This document shows, one piece after another, positions 1 to 8,806 of a DNA stretch of 64,000 nucleotides. The notes beneath the pieces were generated by a model. It did not search any database. It was not told where the DNA came from and saw only the letters and a program-made list of their open reading frames with translations. Both the position numbers and the translations under genes were made by a program. Position 1 is the first letter of the stretch. Each line of letters starts with the position of its first letter. The DNA lies in the NCBI GenBank assembly GCA_902771095.1, contig CACXVH010000005.1, positions 8,085 through 72,084 of the forward strand. Reading direction: 5' to 3'. Source of the stretch: an uncultured Pseudomonadota bacterium. Lineage in GTDB: Bacteria > Pseudomonadota > Alphaproteobacteria > Rs-D84.

Positions 1-31
1 AAAAATTCGTTTACATAAAATATCTTTACGG

Positions 32-247
32 GTGATGAACACAAAAACATTGTTTGTGAACAATTACCGTATGGAAATACCTAATTATGTGTATAACGAA
101 GAAAGTCAAGGATACACAGGAGATTTATCAATGAATTTATTAGGTGTTCAACGCGAAACAATAGAACCTTTGTGGTCAATATCCAGTAGTGAACAATTGC
201 CAATCACAATATTATCCATAACAACAGAAGGCAAATATTTAATATAA
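32..247 (+). CDS. hypothetical protein (phage region)
   Basis: ORF on the same strand as the phage block. No recognisable motif. It may be the tail of a longer gene starting outside the window. Confidence 0.3.
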   Translation: MMNTKTLFVNNYRMEIPNYVYNEESQGYTGDLSMNLLGVQRETIEPLWSISSSEQLPITILSITTEGKYLI

Positions 248-268
248 ATATAAAAAAGGAGATTTTTT

Positions 269-616
269 ATGGGACAACTAGTATCAGATGTTACAAGTGT
301 ATTAGATTATAATAATTCTAAGAAAACAGCAAAAAATGAACGACAAAAAATATTAGAACAAATTGCTTCTAATGAAAACACAAAAACAAATTTAATAAAA
401 AAAGTATTGGCTGAACAACGCGCAAAATATGGAGCCACAGGTAATTCTGGCACCAGTTTATCCGAAGATGCTGTATTAAAAAGATTGCGTAGTGAAACTG
501 CTGAGCCATACGAAGAAAAAAAGAAAACAAATCTTGAACAATTGAAAAAGATAAAAGTTAAAAAACCAAATCTTTTAAAGGCCTGGTTGTCCAAGGTAGA
601 TAAAATAGCAGGATAG
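269..616 (+). CDS. hypothetical phage protein, Lys/Glu-rich
   Basis: ATG is preceded by AAAGGAG. The ORF packs tightly with its neighbours. The antisense ORF 307-627 is a shadow. Confidence 0.4.
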   Translation: MGQLVSDVTSVLDYNNSKKTAKNERQKILEQIASNENTKTNLIKKVLAEQRAKYGATGNSGTSLSEDAVLKRLRSETAEPYEEKKKTNLEQLKKIKVKKPNLLKAWLSKVDKIAG

Positions 617-625
617 GGGGATTTC

Positions 626-1174
626 ATGTATAAAATATCTTATACTGGCGATGGGGCAACCACAGAATATGTTTTTGCTTTCCCTTTTTTTCAAAATGCA
701 GATGTCAAAGTTTGTATAAATAATGAATTACTGGATGATACACAATACGATATAAACCCAAACAATGATTTTACAGGCGGAACAGTGGAATTTGGTACGG
801 CACCACAATCTGGAGCAAATATAGATATTTTCAGACATATTTCTTTGGACAGAGTGATTGATTATCAGCCGACATTAAAAATAGACCCTGAAGATTTGAA
901 TTCTGATTTTAATTTTTTGTTGGCCGCGATAAAAGATTTAAATGCTGTGGATGTTGATACATCGCAATGGGCAAATATTCATGAAACAGTATTGAATCAA
1001 ATAAATTATGTTTTACAAACAATAGAAGATAAATTGTCTGGCGGCGCAGTATTAGGGCTGTATAATAATTTGCTATCCGTTTTAAATGGTGCATTACCAC
1101 AATTGATAAACGATTACGGTTCTGTTACAGAAGAAGCACCAAATGAAAATAATGACGATTACGGCAGCATATAG
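626..1174 (+). CDS. phage tail-fibre N-terminal-domain-like protein
   Basis: The N-terminus MYKISYTGDGATTEYVFAFPFF...VKVCINNELL...IDIFRHISLDRVIDYQP...EDLNSDFNFLL follows the pattern I recall for T7 gp17-type tail-fibre adaptor domains. This is similarity from memory only. Confidence 0.4.
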   Translation: MYKISYTGDGATTEYVFAFPFFQNADVKVCINNELLDDTQYDINPNNDFTGGTVEFGTAPQSGANIDIFRHISLDRVIDYQPTLKIDPEDLNSDFNFLLAAIKDLNAVDVDTSQWANIHETVLNQINYVLQTIEDKLSGGAVLGLYNNLLSVLNGALPQLINDYGSVTEEAPNENNDDYGSI

Positions 1175-1751
1175 TTTTTTAGAAGAATGGAATAAAATAC
1201 TGGGTTTCCCAACACCAACACACCATTATAAAATAATAAATTTTTTGGTGGATGTATTGAATGATGAACCGCATCGCGGTTTGTTAAATGCATTCAGACA
1301 CTCTGGAAAATCTACGGTTGTCGGTGTTTTTGCAGCATGTGTTTTGTATCATAACCCTAATATTAGGATATTAATATTGTCCGCAGAATCTGGTTTGGCA
1401 TCACGGATGGTATCTCATATAAAAAACATTTTGGAAAATCATCCTTGGTGTTCTGATATATTACCAGATGTAAAGAAAGAGTGGGGCAGTCATAAAATCA
1501 CAATAAAACGACCAGTCGGTATTCGTGAACCTTCTGTAATATGCCAAGGTATTACTGGCAACATAACTGGAATGCGTTCGGACTTGATAATTTGTGACGA
1601 TGTTGAAGTGCCTAATACTTGCGATACATACCAAAAACGAATCAAATTACGTGAAAGATTACGAGAATTGGATTTTATAGTGTCCCCAAAAGGCGCTATG
1701 ATTTACATAGGAACCCCGCATACAAAAGACACGATATATAAAACGGAATAG
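1143..1751 (+). CDS. terminase large subunit, ATPase half (ends at TAG 1749-1751)
   Basis: Walker A-like FRHSGKSTVVG, Walker B LIICDDVE and coupling motif YIGTPHTKDTIY. The ORF stops just before the point where the homologous sequence (...RGY..I.P.L) resumes at 5050+. Confidence 0.75.
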   Translation: MKIMTITAAYSFLEEWNKILGFPTPTHHYKIINFLVDVLNDEPHRGLLNAFRHSGKSTVVGVFAACVLYHNPNIRILILSAESGLASRMVSHIKNILENHPWCSDILPDVKKEWGSHKITIKRPVGIREPSVICQGITGNITGMRSDLIICDDVEVPNTCDTYQKRIKLRERLRELDFIVSPKGAMIYIGTPHTKDTIYKTE

Positions 1752-2396
1752 TTATGCAGATTGAGAAGACATAAAAGTTCGCAATCTTTTTAACATCTCT
1801 TTCCCAGAATCTCCAAACATTGGTAAAAATGTTTCATATTCTGGCATATCGGCTTGGATTTGTGCGCGATTGCGTTCTGTCAAAGTTTCTGATAATAACT
1901 CGCGCGCAGAATTCCATATCCTGTACGCTTTGTCAGTTTGAATAACAATGTCCCATTTTGCCAGCATATCTGGTTTCGATACAATTGCCGCTTTGATGTC
2001 TTGGGTCCAATCATTACCAAATTTGCGGATTATAGGCATGCTTTTAAGAGTGTTCAAACTTTCCATTGTCGGTTTGAAATTATCCAAAGCATTTTTAAGT
2101 TCATTCAATTCTGTATCGGTCAAAGAAAAACTTATTTCAATCCCTGACATCAAACCACCATATGGTAACAAATCTTTATCAATGGTGTTCATAGGGGTTT
2201 TCTTGTTCCTTAGATTATTTATATGTGCGACAAGTTTTTTCCCAGTGGGCATATTTTCCAATTCAGATATAACCTGGGCATCATTAGATTCTGCAAGAAA
2301 AACTTTGTTAACAGCAGACCAACCACCTTCAATAACATGTTCTTGACGATAAAGGTTTAACAATCTTTGTGCGATAATGTGTGCTTGTTGTGGCAT
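1752..2396 (-). CDS. hypothetical protein (first gene of the antisense cassette inside the terminase)
   Basis: 214-aa ORF with an ATG start. Its stop codon (1752-1754) directly abuts the TAG of the terminase ATPase half. No recognisable motif. Confidence 0.5.
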   Translation of the reverse strand: MPQQAHIIAQRLLNLYRQEHVIEGGWSAVNKVFLAESNDAQVISELENMPTGKKLVAHINNLRNKKTPMNTIDKDLLPYGGLMSGIEISFSLTDTELNELKNALDNFKPTMESLNTLKSMPIIRKFGNDWTQDIKAAIVSKPDMLAKWDIVIQTDKAYRIWNSARELLSETLTERNRAQIQADMPEYETFLPMFGDSGKEMLKRLRTFMSSQSA

Positions 2397-2429
2397 ATTT
2401 ATATCCCTCCTGTTAACCCCATGTTAAAT

Positions 2430-3437
2430 TTACCGCATAACAATCATAACAATCTTATGCATTGTCTTGGCATTTATCTTTTCTTCTGGATTAGATATAT
2501 GTCCGTATGTTTTACCATGTGCGTCTTGGCGAACAATAGCGATATTTGCATCAACAATTTCATCGGATTTTAATTTTGAAAAATCTGCATTTATACATAC
2601 CGCCAAATCACCAACCTTTGGTGTTATATTAGCATCTGCAAAAACATATGCGGTCTCAGGTATAAAACCGCCGACCCGTTTAGAATTTGGAATAACAGCA
2701 TATATGCCACTGCGTCCTTCCAAAGTTGACGGTGCAACAATCATTGTTTCATCAGATTTTTTCAGTTTTATAGATTTACCGTCTGGTGTTCCGAATACAG
2801 GAACCAATTTTTTACGCGCATTATCATACAATTGTGCGCCATACAAGCCGCCACTTATGTTAAGTCCGGAACTTGGGTTGCGGGGTTCTATAACGGATTT
2901 AACACGTTCGGTCACTTTGTTAATCTGTTTGGTAAGTTCGCCGCTGTTATAAAGTTTCGCGATTTCATCAAATAATTGTGATGCTGTATATCCAAAAGCA
3001 TTCGCCAAAACATCAATTTCATTTTCATAAACTTCGCGTTGACCAACTTCGATTTTATGATACACAGAAAGAGTCATATTGGCGGCATGCGCTGCATCAG
3101 CAATAGTTTTTTCTGAACGTTGACGGATTTTGCGAAGACCAGAACCAAAAACTTTTAATCCGCTGCCCGCATTGTCAGTTAAGCGCCGTTTGATTTCTTT
3201 TTGCCAATTTTGAGCAACTGCATCAGATTCATGAATGAATATATCAGATAATTTACAGCCCAAAATAGTGCAGACATTTAATAATTGTTTTTGGTTTAAT
3301 CTGCGAACACCTTTTTCAATTTTTGAAACAGCGGACAAAGACAAGTTAGCACGTCTAGCCAAATCTGTCATTTTCATACCTTTGGCAGCACGAATGTTGC
3401 GGATGTTGTTTGGAAAAATTATTTCTTCTTGTGCCAT
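2430..3437 (-). CDS. CI/XRE-type repressor with two HTH domains and a LexA/S24-like C-terminal fold
   Basis: There are two HTH_XRE-like segments: IRNIRAAKGMKMTDLARRANLSLSAVSKIEKG and LRKIRQRSEKTIADAAHAANMTLSVYHKIEVG. The C-terminal beta-rich part (VPVFG...VGDLAV...) resembles phage CI, but no clear Ser/Lys dyad is visible. Confidence 0.65.
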   Translation of the reverse strand: MAQEEIIFPNNIRNIRAAKGMKMTDLARRANLSLSAVSKIEKGVRRLNQKQLLNVCTILGCKLSDIFIHESDAVAQNWQKEIKRRLTDNAGSGLKVFGSGLRKIRQRSEKTIADAAHAANMTLSVYHKIEVGQREVYENEIDVLANAFGYTASQLFDEIAKLYNSGELTKQINKVTERVKSVIEPRNPSSGLNISGGLYGAQLYDNARKKLVPVFGTPDGKSIKLKKSDETMIVAPSTLEGRSGIYAVIPNSKRVGGFIPETAYVFADANITPKVGDLAVCINADFSKLKSDEIVDANIAIVRQDAHGKTYGHISNPEEKINAKTMHKIVMIVMR

Positions 3438-3449
3438 GTGCGAACTCCT

Positions 3450-3478
3450 TGTATATATGTTGACAAAATGATAGTCAA
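3450..3478 (-). promoter_or_regulatory. putative sigma70 promoter and operator of the repressor gene
   Basis: On the minus strand: TTGACT (3478-3473), 17 nt, TATACA (3455-3450), then AGGAG and the ATG. The inverted repeat TTGAC-N9-GTCAA (3460-3478) overlaps the spacer. Confidence 0.4.
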
Positions 3479-3503
3479 TTTTTATGAAGTTAGCAAGAAA
3501 AAA

Positions 3504-5051
3504 TTAAATAATATCATCTGGGATATCATTTATATCAATGCTGGACTGACTTTTGGTGTTTGCTGTTTGTGCATATTGTTGGTCAAAATCTGCATCTGGT
3601 GTTGGTTGCCCATTAAATTGCAAGTTGTCAAACAATGAATATTCACCGTTGAAACTAAGATGCACAGTTTCTGGTTTTCCATGACGATTCTTGGCCACGA
3701 TAACATCGGCCTTGTTTCGGGCACGATTCAAGCGATTTTGCCAATGTTGCAGAACATTTTCAGATGCATTGCCAGATAATCTTTGTTCTGGTGAATGACC
3801 ATCAAGATAATATTCTTCACGATATGTGAACATAACAATATCAGCATCTTGCTCAATAGACCCAGATTCACGCAAATCAGATAAAATTGGTCGCTTATCA
3901 TCACGGTCTTCAACCTTACGCGATAATTGAGATAACGCAATCACCGGAACATCCAATTCTTTGGCAAGTATTTTCAAACCACGGGTGATTTCAGATAACT
4001 CTTGAACACGATTATCGTTGCGTTTACCACCAGGAACAGTCATCAACTGTAAATAATCAATAACAATTAATGCCAGACCGCCAAACTGTCGTGCAATACG
4101 GCGGGCGCGTGTTTTTATTGCAGGAACAGACATCTCTGATGTATCATCAATAACAATCGGAACCTTGGCCAAAGCATCTGCATACTGAGACATTTTCATA
4201 AAATCTTCGTCTGTCAGGTTGCTACCTTCGCGCATGCGTGATGATGGTATCTTTGATTGAGAAGACAATATTCTTGCGGCTAGTTGAGGATAGGACATTT
4301 CCAAACTGAAAAACACAACTGCGCCTTTGTATTGTTGATTTGCGCGCCCATTAAGAATTGCGTTTGCTGCATTAAAAGCAATATTTAATGCCAAAGTAGT
4401 TTTTCCCATTGCTGGGCGTCCAGCGATAATGATTAAATCAGAATGGTGAAGACCGCTTATAGATTTATCCAAATCATCCAAACCTGTGGTCAAACCGGAC
4501 AATTTACCGTCCGCTTTATAGGCGATTTCTGCTTCTTGCAGCGCACTTTTTAATGCATCGCCTAATGTAACAATACTGCGTGTTGATTGACCTGTTGATG
4601 CCAGATTAAACAACTTTTGTTCTGCGGTTTCTATTTGGGTATTAACACTTTTATCCAAATCTTCGGTATAAGCATCGTCAACGATTTCTTGCCCCAAGTG
4701 TATTAAATCACGACGGCGTGCATTATCAAAAACTATGCGACCATAATGTTCAACATTAACAACTGTTGAACCCGCAGAAACCAATTTAGACAAATATTCT
4801 GTTCCACCAACAGATTCAAGAGTCCCTTGCTGTTCTAAATAAGTTTTCGCAGTAATGATATCAAAAGGTATCCCAAGCGCAAACTGACGCAGTGCCAATT
4901 TATAAATTTCTTGATGTGCCGGATGAAAAAAATGTTCTGGCAATAAAAATTCAGATACAGATTCCAGTGCGCGATTGTTCATCAATACCGCCGCCAGAAC
5001 TGCCTGTTCGGCTTCTAGATTAACTGGTAAAGTTTTCGGGGTAAAGTCCAT
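3504..5051 (-). CDS. dnaB: replicative DNA helicase DnaB
   Basis: N-terminus LPVNLEAEQAVLAAVLMNN, Walker A GRPAMGKTTLALN, then IVIDYLQLM, SQLSR and RESGSIEQDADIV. The start is taken at MDFTPK (ATG 5051). The 49 upstream in-frame codons look noncoding. Confidence 0.9.
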   Translation of the reverse strand: MDFTPKTLPVNLEAEQAVLAAVLMNNRALESVSEFLLPEHFFHPAHQEIYKLALRQFALGIPFDIITAKTYLEQQGTLESVGGTEYLSKLVSAGSTVVNVEHYGRIVFDNARRRDLIHLGQEIVDDAYTEDLDKSVNTQIETAEQKLFNLASTGQSTRSIVTLGDALKSALQEAEIAYKADGKLSGLTTGLDDLDKSISGLHHSDLIIIAGRPAMGKTTLALNIAFNAANAILNGRANQQYKGAVVFFSLEMSYPQLAARILSSQSKIPSSRMREGSNLTDEDFMKMSQYADALAKVPIVIDDTSEMSVPAIKTRARRIARQFGGLALIVIDYLQLMTVPGGKRNDNRVQELSEITRGLKILAKELDVPVIALSQLSRKVEDRDDKRPILSDLRESGSIEQDADIVMFTYREEYYLDGHSPEQRLSGNASENVLQHWQNRLNRARNKADVIVAKNRHGKPETVHLSFNGEYSLFDNLQFNGQPTPDADFDQQYAQTANTKSQSSIDINDIPDDII

Positions 5052-5898
5052 GTCTATTAGATTAAACGAAAATTTTGATAATTCAACCCCTTTTTTACGG
5101 GGATATAAAAAAATTAGAATACCGATATTGGATGATGCTGGAAATCCGGCTTGGCCAGAGATGTTTCCATTGGAAAAAATACACGAATTGGAAAACATTG
5201 TTGGACCACGCCACTTTTCTGCGCAAATGATGTTGGAATATGTCCCCGAAGAGCAGGTTTATCTAGACCCTGGGGCAATCAATTTTTATTGTGATGAATT
5301 TAATAATCATTTTGCACGAATTGGTTCCAATGAAATATCTGGGGTATCTTTTTATTGGGACCCGTCTTCTGGTCGTTCTACATCAGACGGCAGTGTGTGT
5401 GTATTAATTTATCGTGATGATAGAAATAGTACTGTGTTTATTCACGACATTTTATATATAACAGTCGCAGATGATGATTTATATCCGTTGGCAAGTCAGT
5501 GTGAAAAAGTCCTGCAATTTATGCAAGAACATAATTTGATAAGAATAGGGATAGAAATAAATGGTATTGGTAATGCGTTGCCAGAAATTATTCGAAATAC
5601 TGCAACAAAAAAGCAAATGCCAATAAACATTGTGCAAATTGCCAATCATACAAAAAAAGAAACAAGAATTTTAAATGCAATTGAACCAATTTTGACCACT
5701 GGTCGTCTTTACATGCATGAAAAGATAAAACAAACAATGTTGTTATCAGAAATGCTGGCTTGGACACCCATGGGTTCAAATGAACATGATGATGGTTTGG
5801 ATGCTGTTGCTGGCGCATTAACTATGAACCCACATCCAGTAAGAGCCATCAATCAACATAATCAAATTATTCATGCAAACACATATTTCAAAATATGA
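5050..5898 (+). CDS. terminase large subunit, nuclease half (own ATG at 5050)
   Basis: ...LRGYKKIRIPILDDAGNPAWPEMF...FSAQMMLEYVP...SFYWDPSSG...DGSVCVLIY...HDDGLDAVAGAL is a typical RNaseH-like terminase nuclease domain. It continues the homology broken at 1751. Confidence 0.7.
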   Translation: MSIRLNENFDNSTPFLRGYKKIRIPILDDAGNPAWPEMFPLEKIHELENIVGPRHFSAQMMLEYVPEEQVYLDPGAINFYCDEFNNHFARIGSNEISGVSFYWDPSSGRSTSDGSVCVLIYRDDRNSTVFIHDILYITVADDDLYPLASQCEKVLQFMQEHNLIRIGIEINGIGNALPEIIRNTATKKQMPINIVQIANHTKKETRILNAIEPILTTGRLYMHEKIKQTMLLSEMLAWTPMGSNEHDDGLDAVAGALTMNPHPVRAINQHNQIIHANTYFKI

Positions 5899-5917
5899 AT
5901 AACAAAAAGGAAAAACG

Positions 5918-7141
5918 ATGCAAAAAAATCTTATACAATTATATAAACGCGCATTGGACGAAAGAGAAGTTTGGTTGTCCAGATGGAAAAATGCTATGCG
6001 CTATACCATACCCACAGATGATACAGAAGTCGCAACATTGTTTGATGCAACTGCTGCTGATGCAGTAGATAATTTGGCGGCATCAATGTATTCTTTGCTG
6101 ACACCGCCAGAATCACTTTGGATAAACTTGGTGCGTGAAAGCGATTTGTCGCCAGACGCAGAAACCGCAACAAATGTATTGCGCGCACATCTTAATGATT
6201 CAAACTTTTACACGACTATACATCAATGCTATATAGATTTAGTCGTTCTTGGAACAGCATGTTTGTTTATGGCGGAAAATCCATTGGGGGCAGATTCTGC
6301 TTTTTCCTTTACGGCAATTCCAATGAAAGATTTAGCAATATTGCCAAATGCGGTGTTTCATACTACATCGCTACCTGCCTGTGAATTGATGGAAAAATAC
6401 CCAACAGTGACATTTCCAAACAATATAAAAGAAACAGTAAAAAATAATCCGCAAACACCGATAAAATTAGTTCAATCTTTGGTTGGCAAAGATTTTACGG
6501 CCTGGATAGATGTTGGTGGCGATTTCGAAAATAATGTTGTTGCACGCGGAACATTTGAAACAAATCCATACATAATTTTCCGTTGGTCACTTGTCAGTGG
6601 GGAATTATATGGTCGCGGTCCAGTATTGCGTGCTTTGCCTGATATCAAGACAGCAAACAAAGTTGTTGAATTGGTGTTAAAAAACGCAACAATCGCGGTA
6701 AGTGGTATCTGGCAAGCCGATGATGATGGGGTTATCAATCTTTCTAATATAAATTTAACACCTGGGGCAATTATACCAAAAGCAGTGGGCAGTTCTGGGT
6801 TAACACCTTTATCCAGTGGTGCGGACTTTGATGTTTCACAAATCGTTTTGCGTGATTTGCGTGATAGAATCAGACATACTCTTTTGGCAGATAGGTTAGG
6901 GTTGTTATCTGATAAAGAAATGACTGCCACAGAAATATTGGCGCGTAACGCAGATATGGTAAGAATTCTGGGGGCTACATATGGTCGTTTGCTGCATGAA
7001 TTTATAAGACCTTTGTGTGAACGCGGTTTGCAAATTTTATCGCGTCGCGGATTGATAGATAAAATTTCTTTGCATAGTGATGCTGAATTAAAATACATTG
7101 CGCCAATTGCACAAATGGCGCGTGAAGAAATGTCCATTTAA
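5918..7141 (+). CDS. phage portal (head-tail connector) protein
   Basis: It lies immediately downstream of the terminase and is 407 aa. The motif LYGRGPVLRALPDIKTANKV and the overall layout are recalled as podovirus portal-like. RBS AAAGGAAAAA precedes the start. Confidence 0.55.
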   Translation: MQKNLIQLYKRALDEREVWLSRWKNAMRYTIPTDDTEVATLFDATAADAVDNLAASMYSLLTPPESLWINLVRESDLSPDAETATNVLRAHLNDSNFYTTIHQCYIDLVVLGTACLFMAENPLGADSAFSFTAIPMKDLAILPNAVFHTTSLPACELMEKYPTVTFPNNIKETVKNNPQTPIKLVQSLVGKDFTAWIDVGGDFENNVVARGTFETNPYIIFRWSLVSGELYGRGPVLRALPDIKTANKVVELVLKNATIAVSGIWQADDDGVINLSNINLTPGAIIPKAVGSSGLTPLSSGADFDVSQIVLRDLRDRIRHTLLADRLGLLSDKEMTATEILARNADMVRILGATYGRLLHEFIRPLCERGLQILSRRGLIDKISLHSDAELKYIAPIAQMAREEMSI

Positions 7142-7152
7142 AAGGAATCATA

Positions 7153-7353
7153 ATGAACGAAATTGAAAAACAATATGTACGAACATTTTCCAGTGCGTCT
7201 GGCAAACAAGTTTTGACCCATCTGTGTTCTTTAACCATAGAACGTATTTTGGGGCAAAATGTGACAGATGAAGAATTGCGTTGGTGGGCAGCACAAAATG
7301 CACTGGTTCATCAGATAGAAAACTTAATCAAAAGAGGTAATAATCCAACATAA
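7153..7353 (+). CDS. small phage protein (possibly Bbp19-like)
   Basis: 66 aa, 12 nt after the portal. FSSASGKQVLTHLCSLT...WWAAQNALVHQIENLI is reminiscent of the Bbp19 family. This is weak and from memory. Confidence 0.3.
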   Translation: MNEIEKQYVRTFSSASGKQVLTHLCSLTIERILGQNVTDEELRWWAAQNALVHQIENLIKRGNNPT

Positions 7354-7384
7354 CATTTTATTTATGGTAAATTATTAAAACAAA

Positions 7385-7645
7385 ATGGCGAAACAGCAAA
7401 ATTTTTTTAACTTTCTAGATATATTGCGAGACAGTTGGTTTTTAATTGCTTTTGTCGCGGGTTTAATTTATTGGGTTGCGCGCCAAGATTCTTATGTTGC
7501 AGAAGTTGAAAGACAAGACCAAAGAATAACAGCATTGGAAAACCGAACAACAATATTGGAATCTGGTATCGGACAATTACAATTAAAAATAGATGGAATC
7601 AAAGAAGATGTCACATTGATTAAAAGTGCGGTTATAAAAAACTAG
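7385..7645 (+). CDS. single-pass membrane protein with coiled coil (phage- or host-derived)
   Basis: TM segment WFLIAFVAGLIYWV is followed by heptad-like ITALENRTTILESGIGQLQLKIDGIKEDV. It overlaps the yraN stop by 4 nt in convergent orientation. Confidence 0.4.
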   Translation: MAKQQNFFNFLDILRDSWFLIAFVAGLIYWVARQDSYVAEVERQDQRITALENRTTILESGIGQLQLKIDGIKEDVTLIKSAVIKN

Positions 7646-7995
7646 ATTGCATTTTTTGCCCAATATATTTTATGACCGCACACTATTATAACATCAAAAC
7701 GCGCATCACCGTTCCAACGATTTTGTATTAAATATGTTTCTGCGGCACGGCGCAGGCGCGCAGACTGTTGCGGTGTTATAGCATCCCAACCGGCATCAAC
7801 AGTTTTGCGCGCCTTGACTTCTATAAAAACAATAGTATTTTTATGTTTGGCGATAATATCTATTTCTGCACGGTTAGTGTTTTTACCGGTTACATATCTG
7901 CTTTTTAATATGCGATACCCGTGAAAACGCAAATACATACGCGCCAGAAATTCAGAATATAAACCAACTTGATAAGATGTTTTCTTAGAACGCAT
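7642..7995 (-). CDS. yraN: YraN-family (UPF0102) endonuclease-like protein
   Basis: GLYSEFLARMYLRFHGYRILKSRY...EIDIIAKHKNTIVFIEVKARK matches the YraN/UPF0102 pattern. Confidence 0.75.
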   Translation of the reverse strand: MRSKKTSYQVGLYSEFLARMYLRFHGYRILKSRYVTGKNTNRAEIDIIAKHKNTIVFIEVKARKTVDAGWDAITPQQSARLRRAAETYLIQNRWNGDARFDVIIVCGHKIYWAKNAI

Positions 7996-8806
7996 AAGGT
8001 TTTGCCTGGAAATTTTCGCGCGCCTGTTGAATGTTTAACGAAGAATCTGTTGTATTTAATCCATTATCAATCAGAACCAACTGACCATAATATGCCTGCA
8101 TCATTGGGTCATAGGCGTTTTCAGACGAAAGCCATTTATCTTCGCCAGAATTTGGAACACCATATTTATCAATCACACCCTGCCAAAAGGTCAGAATCTT
8201 TTTTTCGCGAATGTTTTCAAATTTTTCACTATCGCCTTCTGTGTTATTTACATCATTAGAATATACAACTTTCCAAACCAGGTTATCTGTGGCATTACTT
8301 GTAAAATAAACATCAATTGTTTCGTCGGTAAAACCGCGTTCCAAATGTATTTCAGACACGTATAACAACCCGCGATTTTTTGCCAAAGAATATATACACT
8401 TTTCCAATTTTTCTGGGATGAAAATATTGTTTTGGCGACATTCGTAATCAAGATTATATTTCCATTCTTTGTTTATAGTATAAACAACACTGTTCTTTGC
8501 GCGTGGTGCATAAAGCCCAGAACGATTAAAAAACAAATTATATACTTCGTCATAATCCATTCCCAACATTACGCCCGCAATATCAAAATGCTTAACATCA
8601 ACAGGTGTTCTGCCATAATCTAAAGACACACTTTCTGTATTAACATCTATATCGCCACTATCAACAGTAGCAAATTCGTCAAAAGATAAATCATCTGTCG
8701 TATCATCATATTCATATTCGTCATAAAAATCATCGTCTGCAAACAAAGCGGGCGAATATACCGCCATTGAACAAATTGATATTAAAAACAAAATTTTCTT
8801 TATCAT
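7985..8806 (-). CDS. secreted hypothetical protein with acidic N-terminal region
   Basis: Signal peptide MIKKILFLISICSMAVYSPALFA is followed by the D/E/Y-rich DDDFYDEYEYDDTTDD. It overlaps both neighbours, consistent with an operon. Confidence 0.5.
   Translation of the reverse strand: MIKKILFLISICSMAVYSPALFADDDFYDEYEYDDTTDDLSFDEFATVDSGDIDVNTESVSLDYGRTPVDVKHFDIAGVMLGMDYDEVYNLFFNRSGLYAPRAKNSVVYTINKEWKYNLDYECRQNNIFIPEKLEKCIYSLAKNRGLLYVSEIHLERGFTDETIDVYFTSNATDNLVWKVVYSNDVNNTEGDSEKFENIREKKILTFWQGVIDKYGVPNSGEDKWLSSENAYDPMMQAYYGQLVLIDNGLNTTDSSLNIQQARENFQAKPYAF

Larger units (their letters stand above)
1..7645. mobile_element. Truncated podovirus-like prophage remnant (tail-fibre-like, split terminase, portal and small phage ORFs). 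No capsid, scaffold, tail-tube or integrase gene is visible. The left end lies outside the window.
   Basis: Terminase and portal-like translations cluster on the + strand. Host genes (yraN onward) start abruptly at 7642. Head genes normally follow the portal, but none do here. Confidence 0.55.
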
